Source: Patescibacteria group bacterium (GTDB lineage: Bacteria > Patescibacteriota > Patescibacteriia > Patescibacteriales > UBA12465). Taken from it: a stretch of DNA of 64,000 nucleotides. Below the pieces are notes generated by a model that saw only the letters and a list, made by a program, of their open reading frames with translations, was not told the DNA's origin and made no database searches. The DNA is taken from positions 1,480-65,479 of the forward strand of contig JBMOHE010000004.1 in the NCBI GenBank assembly GCA_049318005.1, in the 5' to 3' direction. A program made the position numbers and the translations under genes. This document shows, one piece after another, positions 21,848-32,154 of the stretch (position 1 is the first letter of the stretch; each line of letters opens with the position of its first letter).

Positions 21848-23467
21848 TTATTTGATAATTTTTGTACTTTTAGTTCCAGCTTCAGAAATTACGTTTATTA
21901 CGTAAACTCCATTGGCCCATGAACTGGTTTCAATTCTTAACTCCTCAGAGCTTTTTAAAGGCGATGAGAAAATAATCTGGCCAGTTAAACCAACAACTTG
22001 AACTTTTCCATTTCCTGAATATTTAACGTTTACATAATCCAAGACTTTAGTCGGATAAACTGAAACGCTAAGGTTGTTTTTAGGAGAAGTTAAGTTAGTT
22101 AAACTTTGCTTAACCTTTACAGTTTCTACCCTAACATTTTTTACTCCTATTGGAAGTTTAATCTGTTCACCAATTTTTCCCGTAACCTGAAATAATTTAC
22201 CGTCAGCTTTCTGCGCAGTAACATTATACAAATTTGCGCCAGGAGCATTAATACTTAAATCTTCACCGGAAATAGAGAAACTATTTTTTACTCCATAAAC
22301 AGGCGTTGTCGATAAACCAGGAGCTGTCTTAGACATCAATTCTCCGATACCTAATCCTTGAACGAGTGGGTCGTTTTTATCATTTAACCAAATATTTATA
22401 AGGCAGTTAGAAATGAAGTCGGGCATAGTAAATATAACAATACCAGCACCATAGTTCATTCCTCTTTCAGAATACATATTCTTTAAAGATAAACATGGAT
22501 TATACAAACCATTGTCTAAAACATCTCTTAAAATATCAAGGTCTGTTTGATCAACTACTCCGTCGTCATTCACATCTCCACGAATTCGGTCTATTACTTT
22601 AATAGTTTTGAACAAATTATCATAACTAAGACCCAGGCCGCTTAAAGCAATTTTTACATTTAGATAGACTTTGGCTTCAGACCCAACTGCCATTCCTCTC
22701 GCTTCTCCTTGAAACGAATTAAGCCAAAAATAATTTATGGCATTAGCTGATGCGTTGGCCATCCACTGACAAGACGAATTGTAATTTTCAGAAGTCGAGG
22801 TTTTAAAATAATATTTTCCTCCCTGTAAATTATAATCTTGATAAGCACTGTCTGGCCAAAAGGCTTGAACACTTGAGTAATAAGATTGTTCTCTTGAAAA
22901 ATCATAAGCGTAAGAGTCAAAATCAAAACCAATAATTGATTTCTGATTGTTTTTTTGTCTTTTAACACTGAGCTCACTTAATGAAAATTGTTGATAGAAA
23001 TATTCATTAGGAAGAACGAATAAGGTCGGATAATAATCTTGGGCGATGAGCCCGTTCCAGGAAGAAATTATTCTCACCTGAGTATCATCTACACCTAAAT
23101 AAAATTTATTATTAACTTTATTTGTTTCGCTAACTTCATTCTTTGAATCTAGCGTTATCGAAGCAACATTTTCCGAAGAAGAAAGCCTTATCGGCTTAAA
23201 TTCACCGGAGTTTATTGTTATCGAACAACGTATTGAATCCACTGAAGACGGAAAACCACCATCATAAGTAATCATAAATGCCCCCTGAAAATCCTCAGGG
23301 CCATTATTCTGTACATTAACGTAAAGACCGGCATCCAGGTTACTGATTATTTGATCGGCGGCGGTAACAAGAAACACATTTCTAGGCTGTAAATCAACCT
23401 TAGCGGCTGAAACATAGGTAACTAGCGCAAAACTTGCGCAAACGAGTAATCCTAAAACTTTTTTCAT
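21848..23467 (-). CDS. Secreted protein with dockerin-like repeat and T9SS/Por-type C-terminal sorting-domain-like tail
   Basis: Signal peptide MKKVLGLLVCASFALVTYVSA, a Ca-binding-like GDVNDDGVVDQTDLDIL, and a C-terminal ~80 aa (VSVYPTKVLDYVNVKY..GVYVINVISEAGTKSTKIIK) resembling Por_Secre_tail. Confidence 0.65.
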   Translation of the reverse strand: MKKVLGLLVCASFALVTYVSAAKVDLQPRNVFLVTAADQIISNLDAGLYVNVQNNGPEDFQGAFMITYDGGFPSSVDSIRCSITINSGEFKPIRLSSSENVASITLDSKNEVSETNKVNNKFYLGVDDTQVRIISSWNGLIAQDYYPTLFVLPNEYFYQQFSLSELSVKRQKNNQKSIIGFDFDSYAYDFSREQSYYSSVQAFWPDSAYQDYNLQGGKYYFKTSTSENYNSSCQWMANASANAINYFWLNSFQGEARGMAVGSEAKVYLNVKIALSGLGLSYDNLFKTIKVIDRIRGDVNDDGVVDQTDLDILRDVLDNGLYNPCLSLKNMYSERGMNYGAGIVIFTMPDFISNCLINIWLNDKNDPLVQGLGIGELMSKTAPGLSTTPVYGVKNSFSISGEDLSINAPGANLYNVTAQKADGKLFQVTGKIGEQIKLPIGVKNVRVETVKVKQSLTNLTSPKNNLSVSVYPTKVLDYVNVKYSGNGKVQVVGLTGQIIFSSPLKSSEELRIETSSWANGVYVINVISEAGTKSTKIIK

Positions 23468-23557
23468 TTTTCTCTTTATTTAGAGGGTTTAACATAATTT
23501 TTTAAAGGGCATTTTCAAGCCTTAAATATATCATATATACATATTTTTGTCAATAAC

Positions 23558-23588
23558 AAAAACTACCCCGATTCCGAGGGGTAGTTTT
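23558..23588 (-). terminator. Intrinsic terminator after ftsK
   Basis: AAAACTACCCC / GGGGTAGTTTT stem followed on the - strand by TTTTTGTT. Confidence 0.7.
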
Positions 23589-23728
23589 GTTGAAATTTTT
23601 ACTATTTGTGTTTAAGCCGCTATTAGAATTTACCTGTTGATAACTCTAATCGACTATCTATACTTAATAATACGTAGATATAACAATATTGTTACACTAG
23701 CATTACTCTAATAATAATATATTATTTA

Positions 23729-26368
23729 TTATTTTGCAAAAAACATCTCATCGTCATCATCAAAAGCTTTATTGCTTGGCTTTGGGGATTCTTTTTTAAT
23801 AACTTCCACCTTGGGCTCAACCGGTTTTTTCATTTCCTTTTCAACGTGTATTTCTTCTAAAATTTCATCCTCATCTTCAATTATTTCCTCCTCTTCTTCT
23901 GGCGTTAAGGTTAATTCTTTTTTTATTTCTTCTCTGAGAGAATCTGGAATGTTTTCTTCTTCCATTTCTTCTTCAACTTCTTCTTCAACCTCTTCTTCGG
24001 TCTCTTCTTCTATATCATCTTCTTCATCATCTTCTTTTTTAATATCACTCTTGAAAACAAGTGTATCGTCGTTACCTTCATCTCCCGATAAGTAACTATC
24101 AGGACGTTTAGCTGTGGCTCTATCATGGACAGGGATGCCGCTAATGACTTCTGTGCTCATTGAATCATACTGTTCCTGACTAATCATAACTTCACGCGGC
24201 TTAGCACCATTAGAGGGGCCAATAATTCCACCTTCTTCGAGCATGTCTAAAATTTTAGCCGCTCGGCCGTAGCCAATCGAAAGACGACGCTGAAGCATTG
24301 AAGTAGATGCCTTGCCGGCTTTAACAATCAACTCTTTAGCGGCTTCAAATAATTCATCTTCATCGCCATGTGTGCCATCAAGCCCAATGCCGGCGTTACC
24401 GCCAACTTTTTGTCTATCAGTTACTCCCTCTAAATATTCAGCAGGGCCACATTTATCTTTAATATAATTTACAACATCATTAATTTCACTATCACTTAAA
24501 TATGCACCCTGAATTCTTTTTGGTTTAGAAAATTCAGCCGTCATAAACAACATGTCACCCTGACCTAATAATTTTTCCGCTCCCGAAGAATCTAAAATTG
24601 TTTTTGAATCGACTAAAGACGCAACTGAAAAAGCAATTCTAGTCGGAATGTTTGCTTTAATCAAACCGGTAATAACATCGACGCTAGGTCTTTGGGTAGC
24701 TAAAATTAAATGGATACCAATAGCGCGCGACATCTGGGCCAAGCGAATAATTGCCGCTTCCATTTCTTTGCCGCTACCCATCATAAAGTCAGCTAATTCA
24801 TCGATAATGAAAACGATGTATGGCATTTTCTCTTTAGCGACAAGATTATACGACTGGATATTGCGTTTACCGGCCTTACTTAAAATATCATAACGCTTTT
24901 CCATTTCATTTAAACACCACTTCAAAGCATTAATAGTTTTATTAACATCAGTAATAACCGGAGTTAATAAATGAGGAATACCATTATATGTAACCAGCTC
25001 TACTCTTTTTGGATCAACCATAATAAAGCGCAAATCATCGGGATTGTTTTGATAAAGAAGACTAACAATAATTGCATTTAAACAAACGGACTTACCCGAA
25101 TTAGTTGCACCCGCAACGAGTAGATGAGGCATTTTGGTTATATCATAAAGCCAGGCTGTGCCAGCAACATCTTTACCAAGAACCACAAATAAATTATTTT
25201 TTCTTTCTTTGAAAGCTTGATCTTCTAAAATTTCACGAAGCCCAACAATCGCTTTAGATTTATTAGGGACTTCAATCCCAACTAAAGATTTTCCAGGAAT
25301 AGGGGCTTCGATTCTAATTGGATGAGCAGCTAAAGATAAAGACAAATCATTACTTAAAGTTGTGATTCTTGAAAGTTTAACTCCTTCAGCGGGCCTAAAC
25401 GCATATTGAGTAACAGTTGGACCGACTTTAGATTCGCCCATCTCAACCTCAATTCCAAATTTATTTAAAGTTTTTTGAATCTTCAAAGCGTTGGCCTCAG
25501 TATCGCCGCCAATCGCTTTAGAAAATTTATTGTTTAATAATTCAATCGGCAAATCAATCTTAACGGAATTCTTAGGCCACGCAATTTTTTCTTGAACTTT
25601 TGGTTTATTTGATTGAGCTTGTTTTTTAGCTACATTTATAGTTGCCGCCTCGTCTTCTTCGTCGTCATCATCTTCTTCAAGATCTTTTTCGTTAGCCCTA
25701 ACTTCCTTTTTTTGCCAAGCATTTAATATTTCTTCCTTAGCTTCAGCAACAAATTTTCGACCATCATTTTCTTCTGGGTCTTTACTTGAAAATAAATTTT
25801 TAAAAAATAAGGCAAACGGTTTGAAAACTTTTGCAAACAAACTTTCTTGACCAATAATTCGAGATAAGGAGGTATTGAAAACTAAAACTAAAGAAATAAG
25901 CAGAAAAGCAAATAAAACAAGAACTCCTCCCCAAAAACCAAATATATAATTAAACATTTGGCTTAAGTATAGACCAATATAGCCGCCGCCAGTGCCAAGC
26001 GCCGCACTGGTCTCCCAATTAGCCGGTTCAAGAAAAAAATGAAAAAGAGTCTGATAAGAAATGAAGAGTAAGCCTAAGCCTAAATAATCTGTGAACTTCA
26101 AAGGATTTTTTGTTTTTCTAATTAAAATTAAAGCCCAGTATAAAAATATTAATGGCACTAACCATTTTCCGTATCCAAAAATTAAAGATATATATTTAGA
26201 GATAAACTCACCAAAATGACCAGCTAAGCTAAACAAGCCAAGTAAACTTATAAGACCAAGAACGATTAGGCCAACAATAAAGATACTCCGCTTAGCTCTA
26301 TCATCGAGCTCGACTTTTGGTAGGTTTATATAATCCATTGGATTATTAGATTTTTTCTTTCTGCCCAT
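23729..26368 (-). CDS. ftsK: DNA translocase FtsK/SpoIIIE with long acidic C-terminal tail
   Basis: N-terminal TM segments, Walker A GATNSGKS, Walker B IIDELAD and a gamma wHTH (SMLQRRLSIGYGRAAKILD), followed by ~150 aa rich in E/D. Confidence 0.9.
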   Translation of the reverse strand: MGRKKKSNNPMDYINLPKVELDDRAKRSIFIVGLIVLGLISLLGLFSLAGHFGEFISKYISLIFGYGKWLVPLIFLYWALILIRKTKNPLKFTDYLGLGLLFISYQTLFHFFLEPANWETSAALGTGGGYIGLYLSQMFNYIFGFWGGVLVLFAFLLISLVLVFNTSLSRIIGQESLFAKVFKPFALFFKNLFSSKDPEENDGRKFVAEAKEEILNAWQKKEVRANEKDLEEDDDDEEDEAATINVAKKQAQSNKPKVQEKIAWPKNSVKIDLPIELLNNKFSKAIGGDTEANALKIQKTLNKFGIEVEMGESKVGPTVTQYAFRPAEGVKLSRITTLSNDLSLSLAAHPIRIEAPIPGKSLVGIEVPNKSKAIVGLREILEDQAFKERKNNLFVVLGKDVAGTAWLYDITKMPHLLVAGATNSGKSVCLNAIIVSLLYQNNPDDLRFIMVDPKRVELVTYNGIPHLLTPVITDVNKTINALKWCLNEMEKRYDILSKAGKRNIQSYNLVAKEKMPYIVFIIDELADFMMGSGKEMEAAIIRLAQMSRAIGIHLILATQRPSVDVITGLIKANIPTRIAFSVASLVDSKTILDSSGAEKLLGQGDMLFMTAEFSKPKRIQGAYLSDSEINDVVNYIKDKCGPAEYLEGVTDRQKVGGNAGIGLDGTHGDEDELFEAAKELIVKAGKASTSMLQRRLSIGYGRAAKILDMLEEGGIIGPSNGAKPREVMISQEQYDSMSTEVISGIPVHDRATAKRPDSYLSGDEGNDDTLVFKSDIKKEDDEEDDIEEETEEEVEEEVEEEMEEENIPDSLREEIKKELTLTPEEEEEIIEDEDEILEEIHVEKEMKKPVEPKVEVIKKESPKPSNKAFDDDDEMFFAK

Positions 26369-26435
26369 ATTTTATTTCAAATTATACTCTAATATTACAG
26401 CATCTTATTGATTTAGGCTACAAAAAGCGAAATCT

Positions 26436-27473
26436 TTAATTAATTTCAATATCAATAAAGACTGCTTGCGGAACGGCGGAACGAATTTTCTTTTCAATAT
26501 CATCAATTTTTTTGCCAACTAAACGAGGGACTCTATCCAGATAGCTTACCGAAAATCTCATAAAATTCTCATAACTTTCTCGCGCCTCTTCATATTCATT
26601 TTCAAAAAAATGATGCTGCGACATTTCTCTCATAAGCGCCGAGGCATTAAATTCAACGTCACATTTAATTAAATACTTATCAACATCTAAAATAGCTGAT
26701 TTAAAATCTAATACCTTCTCAATAGTTGGGTCATTATAAAAAATATCCATGACTATATCTTCAATGTCTTTAGGGATTGATTTTGTAATTAAATAATTTC
26801 TATTTTTAGCAATTAAAAATATTGCCATTACTCCCAACATTAAACCGATTATAATAGAAGCGGCGGCATCGAAAAAAACCTTGCCGGTCAGATATGTCAA
26901 ACCTATTCCAATTAAAGCGATAATAATACCAATAACCGCCAAGCCATCTTCATATAGAACTGCCAATAAAGAAGGGTCTGCTTCAGCTAAAGCTTTTTTA
27001 AAACCATGCTTTGATTTTCTAATTATATGACCTCTTATCTCTCTAACTGCAATTAAAAAAGTTGTAAACTCAATTAAAAAAGAAACAACTAAAATTATTA
27101 AGGCCCAAGAACTAAAATGAATTTTCTGATGATCGATTAAAAGGCTAATCCCATGATAAACAGTCACTCCACAACCAATAAAGAATATCCCGCAAGCTGA
27201 TATTAGAGCCCAGATATACCTTTCCTTGCCATGACCATAATTAAATTTTTCATCTGGTCCCTTGGCTGACTGTCGAATACCAATAACAAGCAAAAATTGA
27301 TTGGCTGTATCAGCAAGACTATGGATTGCTTCAGAAAATAGAGAGCCAGAGCCGGTAATAAAAAATCCTATGAACTTAGCGATGCAAACAATCGAATTGC
27401 CAATTAAGGCAGCAATTATAGGGAAAATGCCTGAAATTTTAGCTTTATTTTCAGATTTAAGCTCGGAAATCAT
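26436..27473 (-). CDS. Cation diffusion facilitator family transporter
   Basis: Six-TM N-terminal domain with SEAIHSLADT and a cytoplasmic C-terminal domain; CDF-like layout. Confidence 0.8.
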   Translation of the reverse strand: MISELKSENKAKISGIFPIIAALIGNSIVCIAKFIGFFITGSGSLFSEAIHSLADTANQFLLVIGIRQSAKGPDEKFNYGHGKERYIWALISACGIFFIGCGVTVYHGISLLIDHQKIHFSSWALIILVVSFLIEFTTFLIAVREIRGHIIRKSKHGFKKALAEADPSLLAVLYEDGLAVIGIIIALIGIGLTYLTGKVFFDAAASIIIGLMLGVMAIFLIAKNRNYLITKSIPKDIEDIVMDIFYNDPTIEKVLDFKSAILDVDKYLIKCDVEFNASALMREMSQHHFFENEYEEARESYENFMRFSVSYLDRVPRLVGKKIDDIEKKIRSAVPQAVFIDIEIN

Positions 27474-27477
27474 ATAT

Positions 27478-28500
27478 TTAAATCAACTTACTCAAAAATT
27501 TAACCTGTTTAGAATTAATAGTTTTTTTAATCTTTAAAAATTCTCTTTTATATTTATTTCTATTTGCAAAAACAAATTTTGATCTTTCAAGTAATTCACC
27601 TTTTTTTAAATTTTTCAAATCAATAACTAATTCTGGGTGCCCAATAAATTCAGCGAAACTATGGTTTCGTAAATCATAAGCGACGCTTATCTCTGGTGTC
27701 CCGGCACCAAAGGCCATTACGCCGACATGAAGCATCATTCCAACAACTAAATCAAGTTGGCCGTAAATATATTTCTGCTCGCCCGGCTTTAAATCAACTA
27801 CTTTAAGATTTTTTATTTTAAGTTCCGAATAAATTTTATTTTCACCAATATGATGCTTTAAATAATAAATTTGCGCGCCATATTCTTTTTGAAAATATAG
27901 AGCTACTTCGCGATATGCATTTAATATATCATCATGCCACTTACCAAAACCCAACCAGCCGGAATAGTTTAAATTTAATCCGATTTTGATAATATTAGAT
28001 TTTTTATTATCTATTTTTAGTTTAAGGGATTTTTTTTCAAGTAGAAGCGCGGCTGGGTCACCGATAACTTCTATTTTTTTTAAACTAACACCATTTAGAG
28101 CCAAGAAATTCTTTGTATTATAATCTCTAACACCAACTAGTTTTGCCTGCTTAGCTAAAAAGGCGACGCTTCTAGCCGCTTCCAAACTTAAATTAGGCGC
28201 GTCGACTTCTTTAATATAACCAGCCCCAAAAATAGCGATTGGTTTTTTTATTAACTTAATAAATTCTTGATTATAAGGGAGAAAATAGGAATAAAAAATT
28301 CCACCCCCGCCAATAACAACTAAATCGGCCGAATTTATTTTTTTTGCATCTTTCTCTTTGCCGTCCTTTAAAAGATTAACCGGAAAATCAACTATTTTAC
28401 ATTTAGGGAATCTTTTTTTTAATAATTCTTGAACAGCCAAAACAATCGCAAAGTCACCTTTATTCTTTTTATCCCAAACATGAATGTGAGCAATGACCAT
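27478..28500 (-). CDS. Polysaccharide pyruvyl transferase family protein
   Basis: 340 aa with VIGGGGI and a C-terminal GMMLHVGVMAFGAGTPEISVAYD block typical of the PS_pyruv_trans family (from memory). Confidence 0.6.
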   Translation of the reverse strand: MVIAHIHVWDKKNKGDFAIVLAVQELLKKRFPKCKIVDFPVNLLKDGKEKDAKKINSADLVVIGGGGIFYSYFLPYNQEFIKLIKKPIAIFGAGYIKEVDAPNLSLEAARSVAFLAKQAKLVGVRDYNTKNFLALNGVSLKKIEVIGDPAALLLEKKSLKLKIDNKKSNIIKIGLNLNYSGWLGFGKWHDDILNAYREVALYFQKEYGAQIYYLKHHIGENKIYSELKIKNLKVVDLKPGEQKYIYGQLDLVVGMMLHVGVMAFGAGTPEISVAYDLRNHSFAEFIGHPELVIDLKNLKKGELLERSKFVFANRNKYKREFLKIKKTINSKQVKFLSKLI

Positions 28501-28502
28501 AG

Positions 28503-29564
28503 CTATAGATTTAAATTACTTTTTACCATGTTTAATAATTCCTCAGCTCTTTCCTCGTTATGACCAAACTTTAAAAATAAATAAGTTGAAGTTCTAATCG
28601 CTGTAAAGTTATAATACATGGCAATTCTCTCTTCTAAGTTTTTATTTAATTCCAAGCCAGAGGCAATAAGATAAGTATGCAAAAACAAATCTTTCATGCG
28701 AGTGGCAAACTCTTGATCATCCATTTTCATCATTATCTTATATTCAACTTGCTGAGTAAAAGCTCCTAAATCTCGAGCAAAGTCACTAAGACATAAATCA
28801 GTAAAATCAATCATGCCTATTCTATTTTCTGATGTTTTAATAATATTTTCCGGATGAGCATCGCCGTGAATTAATTTCAGAGGCTCGCCAGAATTAAAAA
28901 ATTTTTCTTCTTGAGAAATAAAATAACTATAAATCTTTTTTAAACTTGGACAGTATTTATCCCCATAACGCGCCGTCATTTCTGTAAATATCATATCCAC
29001 TCCCGGCACAACTGTTCGAATACGAGAATTAATTGGATTAAAATTAGCTTCCCCACCGACTGATAAAGCATGTAGCTTGGCGAATAGCTCAGCCGCTTCA
29101 TAAACAATTTTTTCAACTGCTTCAAAATCTTTATTCTTAATATAAAATAAAAGATTTTCACCTTGAAGGGCTCTATAAAAAGTACCATTGAATTCTTCCG
29201 AATAAAATAATGGTCTTGGCAAATCAATCCCCTGACCATTAATTTTCTTTGACCAAAGGTATTTTAAAGCTGAATAAACATTTTCTCGGGGCTCATCGCT
29301 ATGCGCCGAACAAACAAGCGGAACTTTTATTTCTTTATTATCCGAATTTAAAAAATATACCTCAAAGCCAATTACAACATGATAGGTTGTTTCCCAAACC
29401 ATCTTTTTATATGGCTTAATTTCTACTCGAGAAATATCCTTAAAGTCCGGATATAACGGCAGGGCCTTATCTCGCAAATATTTAAGCGCAAAATCTTTAT
29501 CTAGTAAATTTAAAATTTTATTCATATTTTTTTCTGCCAGTGTTTTTTCCAATGTGTCTCCCAA
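28503..29564 (-). CDS. APH/choline-kinase-like phosphotransferase (possible sugar kinase)
   Basis: Catalytic-loop-like HGDAHPENI and metal-binding-like IDFTD. An alternative start at 29525 would give an ATGA overlap with the GH57 stop. Confidence 0.6.
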   Translation of the reverse strand: MGDTLEKTLAEKNMNKILNLLDKDFALKYLRDKALPLYPDFKDISRVEIKPYKKMVWETTYHVVIGFEVYFLNSDNKEIKVPLVCSAHSDEPRENVYSALKYLWSKKINGQGIDLPRPLFYSEEFNGTFYRALQGENLLFYIKNKDFEAVEKIVYEAAELFAKLHALSVGGEANFNPINSRIRTVVPGVDMIFTEMTARYGDKYCPSLKKIYSYFISQEEKFFNSGEPLKLIHGDAHPENIIKTSENRIGMIDFTDLCLSDFARDLGAFTQQVEYKIMMKMDDQEFATRMKDLFLHTYLIASGLELNKNLEERIAMYYNFTAIRTSTYLFLKFGHNEERAEELLNMVKSNLNL

Positions 29565-30694
29565 ATTAATTTTTTAATACGTAAATAATATTTTTCCGCT
29601 TCTAATTTATTCTTTTTAGTTTTTAAGTCATTAATAGAACGGACGCTTCTAATTAAGTCTTCAAGACCACGTTCAATATCATCAGGGCTCCAAGCATAAG
29701 GACCAAACATTTTAGAAAAATCCCTAGCACTCGCCCACCAAAAAGTACAACTAGCCAGTCCTCGGGCTAAATGCCAGCGATACCAGTAATAATTTTTATC
29801 TTTTTTATATTTGAGTTCTAAGGATAATGCTAATTTAGCTAATCGCCAAAGATAGGTTTGAATCTTATTATTCTTATCCTCCCATAAAGCATACGGGCGC
29901 CTTACTTTAAGTTCACTCTCAGTCGACTCCCAGGAAGAAGAATGGATTTTTATCTTGATGGCTTTTTTATTTTCAAGTTTCTTAAAATAAGAGGATATGC
30001 TTAGAGTTTTAATTTCTTTTAACTTAACAATTTTTTCCATTTCTCCAGTTGGATCTTCGTGGCGCAAACCATAAAGCTCAGCATCGGTCGCGGTTAAAAG
30101 CGTAAGCTTTTCTTTTGCTAAAGATAAAATTTTATCCGGTGGATAGGCACTGGAGATTTCGCGGTTACGAAATATTACCTTCAACCCACTAGCTTCATCG
30201 ATATATAAGTTTTTAATATCTGGTTTATTTTTTAACAAACCACTATATGAAATTTCGTCTAATATAATCCACTGATAGCCGAGCCGTTTAACAATTCTAG
30301 CGATGCTAGGAGAATAAGCCATTTCAGGAAGAAAAAAACCATTTGGTTTAAAATTCTTACCAAATATCCTTTTTAAAATTTTCGCATTTTCCTTAATTTG
30401 GCGACCAACTTCAATATCTGGCAGAAGTGGTAAAAATCCATGGTAATAAGCTGAGCCCGTTAATTCAATTCTTCCTTTTTTAACTAAAAATTTTAAACGA
30501 TCTAAAAAAGCTGTTTCTTTAGCCTCTTCTAAGCGTTCAAGTAAACAACCACTAATATTAAAAGTCATTTTTAAGTCGGTATGCTCTTCGGCTAAACGCA
30601 AAAGACGCCAATAGCTTTTATCTAGCGCTTTGCGAATATTATAAAATTCGGTATTAGCTGGCTGGTATAAATGTAAAAAATTTAACCACAACAT
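29522..30694 (-). CDS. Glycoside hydrolase family 57 protein
   Basis: N-terminal LHLYQPAN, FLPEMAY and WIILDE blocks resembling GH57 conserved regions. Adjacent to glgA. Confidence 0.7.
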   Translation of the reverse strand: MLWLNFLHLYQPANTEFYNIRKALDKSYWRLLRLAEEHTDLKMTFNISGCLLERLEEAKETAFLDRLKFLVKKGRIELTGSAYYHGFLPLLPDIEVGRQIKENAKILKRIFGKNFKPNGFFLPEMAYSPSIARIVKRLGYQWIILDEISYSGLLKNKPDIKNLYIDEASGLKVIFRNREISSAYPPDKILSLAKEKLTLLTATDAELYGLRHEDPTGEMEKIVKLKEIKTLSISSYFKKLENKKAIKIKIHSSSWESTESELKVRRPYALWEDKNNKIQTYLWRLAKLALSLELKYKKDKNYYWYRWHLARGLASCTFWWASARDFSKMFGPYAWSPDDIERGLEDLIRSVRSINDLKTKKNKLEAEKYYLRIKKLIWETHWKKHWQKKI

Positions 30695-30696
30695 AA

Positions 30697-32154
30697 TTAA
30701 TATTTAATTACCTTTTTATATAACTCAACATACTTTCTGGCCGGAATTTCCCAACTAGTTGACTGCTTCATCGCTCGTTTAACTAAATTATGCCAAACTT
30801 TTTTATGTTTATAGTTTTCTAAAGCTCTAATAATAGTAGTATAAAATAACATTTCGTCTTCAGTCTTAAAAGTGAACCCAGTTCCCTTGCCACTAATAGG
30901 ATTAAAATTTTCAACCGTATCATAAAGACCACCAATTTCTCTAACAACAGGAATACAGCCGTAACGCATAGCGATTAGCTGATTGATTCCACAAGGTTCA
31001 TGATTAGATGGTAATAAAAATAAATCAGCGGCCGCATAAAGAAGATTTTCTTTTTTCTGATCAAAAGGAAGCCAAACAAGTTTATTTTTATATTTCTTTT
31101 GAATTTTTTTTATAGGCTGGATATATTCCTTATTGCCATCTCCCATGAATATCAACTGAATATCAAGTTTCAAAAGAGAATTAATAATTTTTAAAATTAA
31201 ATTAAAACCTTTTTGAAAAGTTACGCGAGAGGTTGTGATTAATATTGGCACGTCTTTATCGACTGGCAAACCTATCTGTTTTTGGAGAAATTTTTTATTA
31301 TCTGATTTAACGCTTAATTTATTTAATGAGTAACGCTTATGTATATCCTTATCTTTTTCAGGATTATAGGTATTATAATCAATCCCATTAATAATACCGA
31401 ATAAACGACTCTCACGATTTTTTAATATACGCTGCAAATCCTGACCGAATTTCTTAGTCATGATTTCTTCGCGATACTGTTCGCTAACTGTATTAATAAT
31501 ATCTGCCGAACGAATCGCTCGTTTAGCAAAATTTATATCTTCTAAACGAGGGTCACTTAAATGAGGGATTTTACTTCGACCATAATCTTTTCTCTCGGGT
31601 GGAATTTCCCACCAATTATGTCCTAATTGAAAAATTAGATTATGAATAGTAAAAATTGTTTTAGCTTTTTTTAAAGTTTTCGAATAACGAAAATCAGTTT
31701 TTAAATAATAAGGAATTAAACCTGTTTGCCAATCATGACAATGAATAATATCGGCCGGAAATTTTAATAACGATAATAATTTTAAGGCCGCTACATTAAA
31801 AACTAGAAATCGTGCATTCTCTCGAGAAGAACCGTAAATCTTTTTGTGTTTAGAAAAAAAATGAGCATTCTCAATAAAGTAAACCGGCAAATCTTCCATC
31901 AAAAACCCGCGCCAATAATTTACTTTAATTTTTTCTTGAGAATTTAAACGTAACTCAACGTTTTCAAAAATTAATTCTAATTTATACTCTTTTTTGTTTA
32001 TTGATTTTCCGTATAAAGGCGTAATTGAAATCAAATCATGGCCCAATCTTTTTAAAGCTTTAGGTAAACTACGGGCAACATCGCCAAGACCACCGGTTTT
32101 AGAAAACGGCGCTAATTCTGAACTAATATGAACAATTTTTAATTTTTTTGACAT
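30697..32154 (-). CDS. glgA: Glycogen/starch synthase (GT5)
   Basis: IVHISSELAPFSKTGGLGDV N-terminal signature and GT-B C-terminal motifs. Start set at MSKKLKIV. Confidence 0.85.
   Translation of the reverse strand: MSKKLKIVHISSELAPFSKTGGLGDVARSLPKALKRLGHDLISITPLYGKSINKKEYKLELIFENVELRLNSQEKIKVNYWRGFLMEDLPVYFIENAHFFSKHKKIYGSSRENARFLVFNVAALKLLSLLKFPADIIHCHDWQTGLIPYYLKTDFRYSKTLKKAKTIFTIHNLIFQLGHNWWEIPPERKDYGRSKIPHLSDPRLEDINFAKRAIRSADIINTVSEQYREEIMTKKFGQDLQRILKNRESRLFGIINGIDYNTYNPEKDKDIHKRYSLNKLSVKSDNKKFLQKQIGLPVDKDVPILITTSRVTFQKGFNLILKIINSLLKLDIQLIFMGDGNKEYIQPIKKIQKKYKNKLVWLPFDQKKENLLYAAADLFLLPSNHEPCGINQLIAMRYGCIPVVREIGGLYDTVENFNPISGKGTGFTFKTEDEMLFYTTIIRALENYKHKKVWHNLVKRAMKQSTSWEIPARKYVELYKKVIKY

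Noticed and set aside
23772-24095. 107-aa Ser-rich + strand ORF and GAA/GAT-rich periodic DNA (possible repeat array)
   Set aside because: It is the antisense shadow of the acidic FtsK tail. The periodicity is codon-level low complexity, not a CRISPR or spacer-repeat structure.
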